Position numbers and translations under genes: made by a program. From positions 16,536-40,535 of the forward strand of contig JAOAJK010000013.1 in NCBI GenBank assembly GCA_026414225.1: DNA of 24,000 nt, written 5' to 3'. The stretch is from Thermoplasmata archaeon (GTDB lineage Archaea > Thermoplasmatota > Thermoplasmata > Lutacidiplasmatales > SKW197). How positions within the stretch are numbered: position 1 is the first letter of the stretch; every line of letters starts with the position of its first letter. Below the pieces are notes generated by a model, which was given only the letters and a program-made list of their open reading frames with translations, had not been told where the DNA came from and did no database searches. This document shows, one piece after another, positions 23,767 through 24,000 of this stretch.

Positions 23767-24000
23767 TTATTTCCTTCACGATTTCGTATCTTAGCGGGCA
23801 GCCCCAGTCCACGCCTGGACCACTTGGATGCCATATGAAATCGGGATGGGCCTGTGCATCTGCATTCGTGTTTTCGCTCCCGCCTTCCCAGGCGCCATCA
23901 GTTATTCCGTTGGCACTGAATTTTAGCCAGTATTTGTAGGTGAGTGTGAATGACTTTGTGCCCACATAGTCCTTCCAGACACCGTCATCTGCGAACCAGA
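23756..24000 (-). CDS. C-terminal end of an unidentified protein (gene continues beyond the right window edge)
   Basis: The minus-strand frame is open from the window edge: WFADDGVWKDYVGTKSFTLTYKYWLKFSANGITDGAWEGGSENTNADAQAHPDFIWHPSGPGVDWGCPLRYEIVKEIINA*. The ORF track shows only the GTG-initiated 69-aa tail. The gene is convergent with the STAND gene and overlaps it by 11 nt. I recognise no family; the W/Y/G-rich beta-like sequence hints at a carbohydrate-binding or Ig-like module. Confidence 0.4.
   Translation of the reverse strand, partial: WFADDGVWKDYVGTKSFTLTYKYWLKFSANGITDGAWEGGSENTNADAQAHPDFIWHPSGPGVDWGCPLRYEIVKEIINA

Noticed and set aside
1-24000. Searched by eye for CRISPR arrays, rRNA/tRNA genes, transposase/integrase genes, long terminal or direct repeats flanking the Ubl cassette
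   Set aside because: None found. All intergenic gaps are under 175 nt, there are no regularly spaced repeats, and there are no recombinase-like ORFs. I therefore cannot support a claim that the cassette lies on a mobile element or island. I did not compute compositional skew reliably.

Overview
The window looks like an archaeal (probably euryarchaeal) chromosomal segment. The evidence is AT-rich TATA-like boxes about 25-45 nt upstream of operon-first genes, GGAGG/GGTG Shine-Dalgarno sites in front of internal operon genes, and an archaeal-type gene set (EndoQ-like PHP nuclease, DUF835, V4R plus Roadblock/LC7, threonine synthase with an N-terminal zinc ribbon). It is gene-dense, and I saw no rRNA, tRNA, CRISPR array, transposase or integrase. 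Bases 1-14200 are mostly housekeeping or transport genes: a radical-SAM PflX-like gene truncated at the left edge and missing from the ORF track, thrC, a membrane protein, an MFS transporter, a 7TM-DUF835 protein, an M48 peptidase, Nnr, Roadblock/LC7, V4R, a P-type Ca2+/cation ATPase, a small membrane protein and EndoQ. The standout is a tightly coupled four-gene plus-strand operon at 14275-19343. It encodes (i) a double zinc ribbon + DUF835 protein whose C-terminal ~80 aa form a ubiquitin-like beta-grasp domain ending ...PEGG-I, (ii) a UBC-fold E2 with an HPN motif and catalytic Cys, (iii) a JAMM/MPN+ metalloprotease (E...HSHPx7SxxD) fused to a zinc ribbon and a ~600-aa E/K-rich coiled coil, and (iv) a ThiF/MoeB-type E1. 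The Ubl-E2-JAB-E1 order matches bacterial Bil-type ubiquitin-like conjugation cassettes and recalls the Caldiarchaeum-type archaeal ubiquitin operon, but the domain fusions differ and no RING E3 is present. I consider it the candidate novel system. It is flanked by a convergent surface beta-propeller/FN3 protein and by a STAND-type AAA_16 + TPR ATPase with an unusual insertion in its NTPase domain. All functional calls come from motif recognition by eye on the supplied translations. No database search was run.
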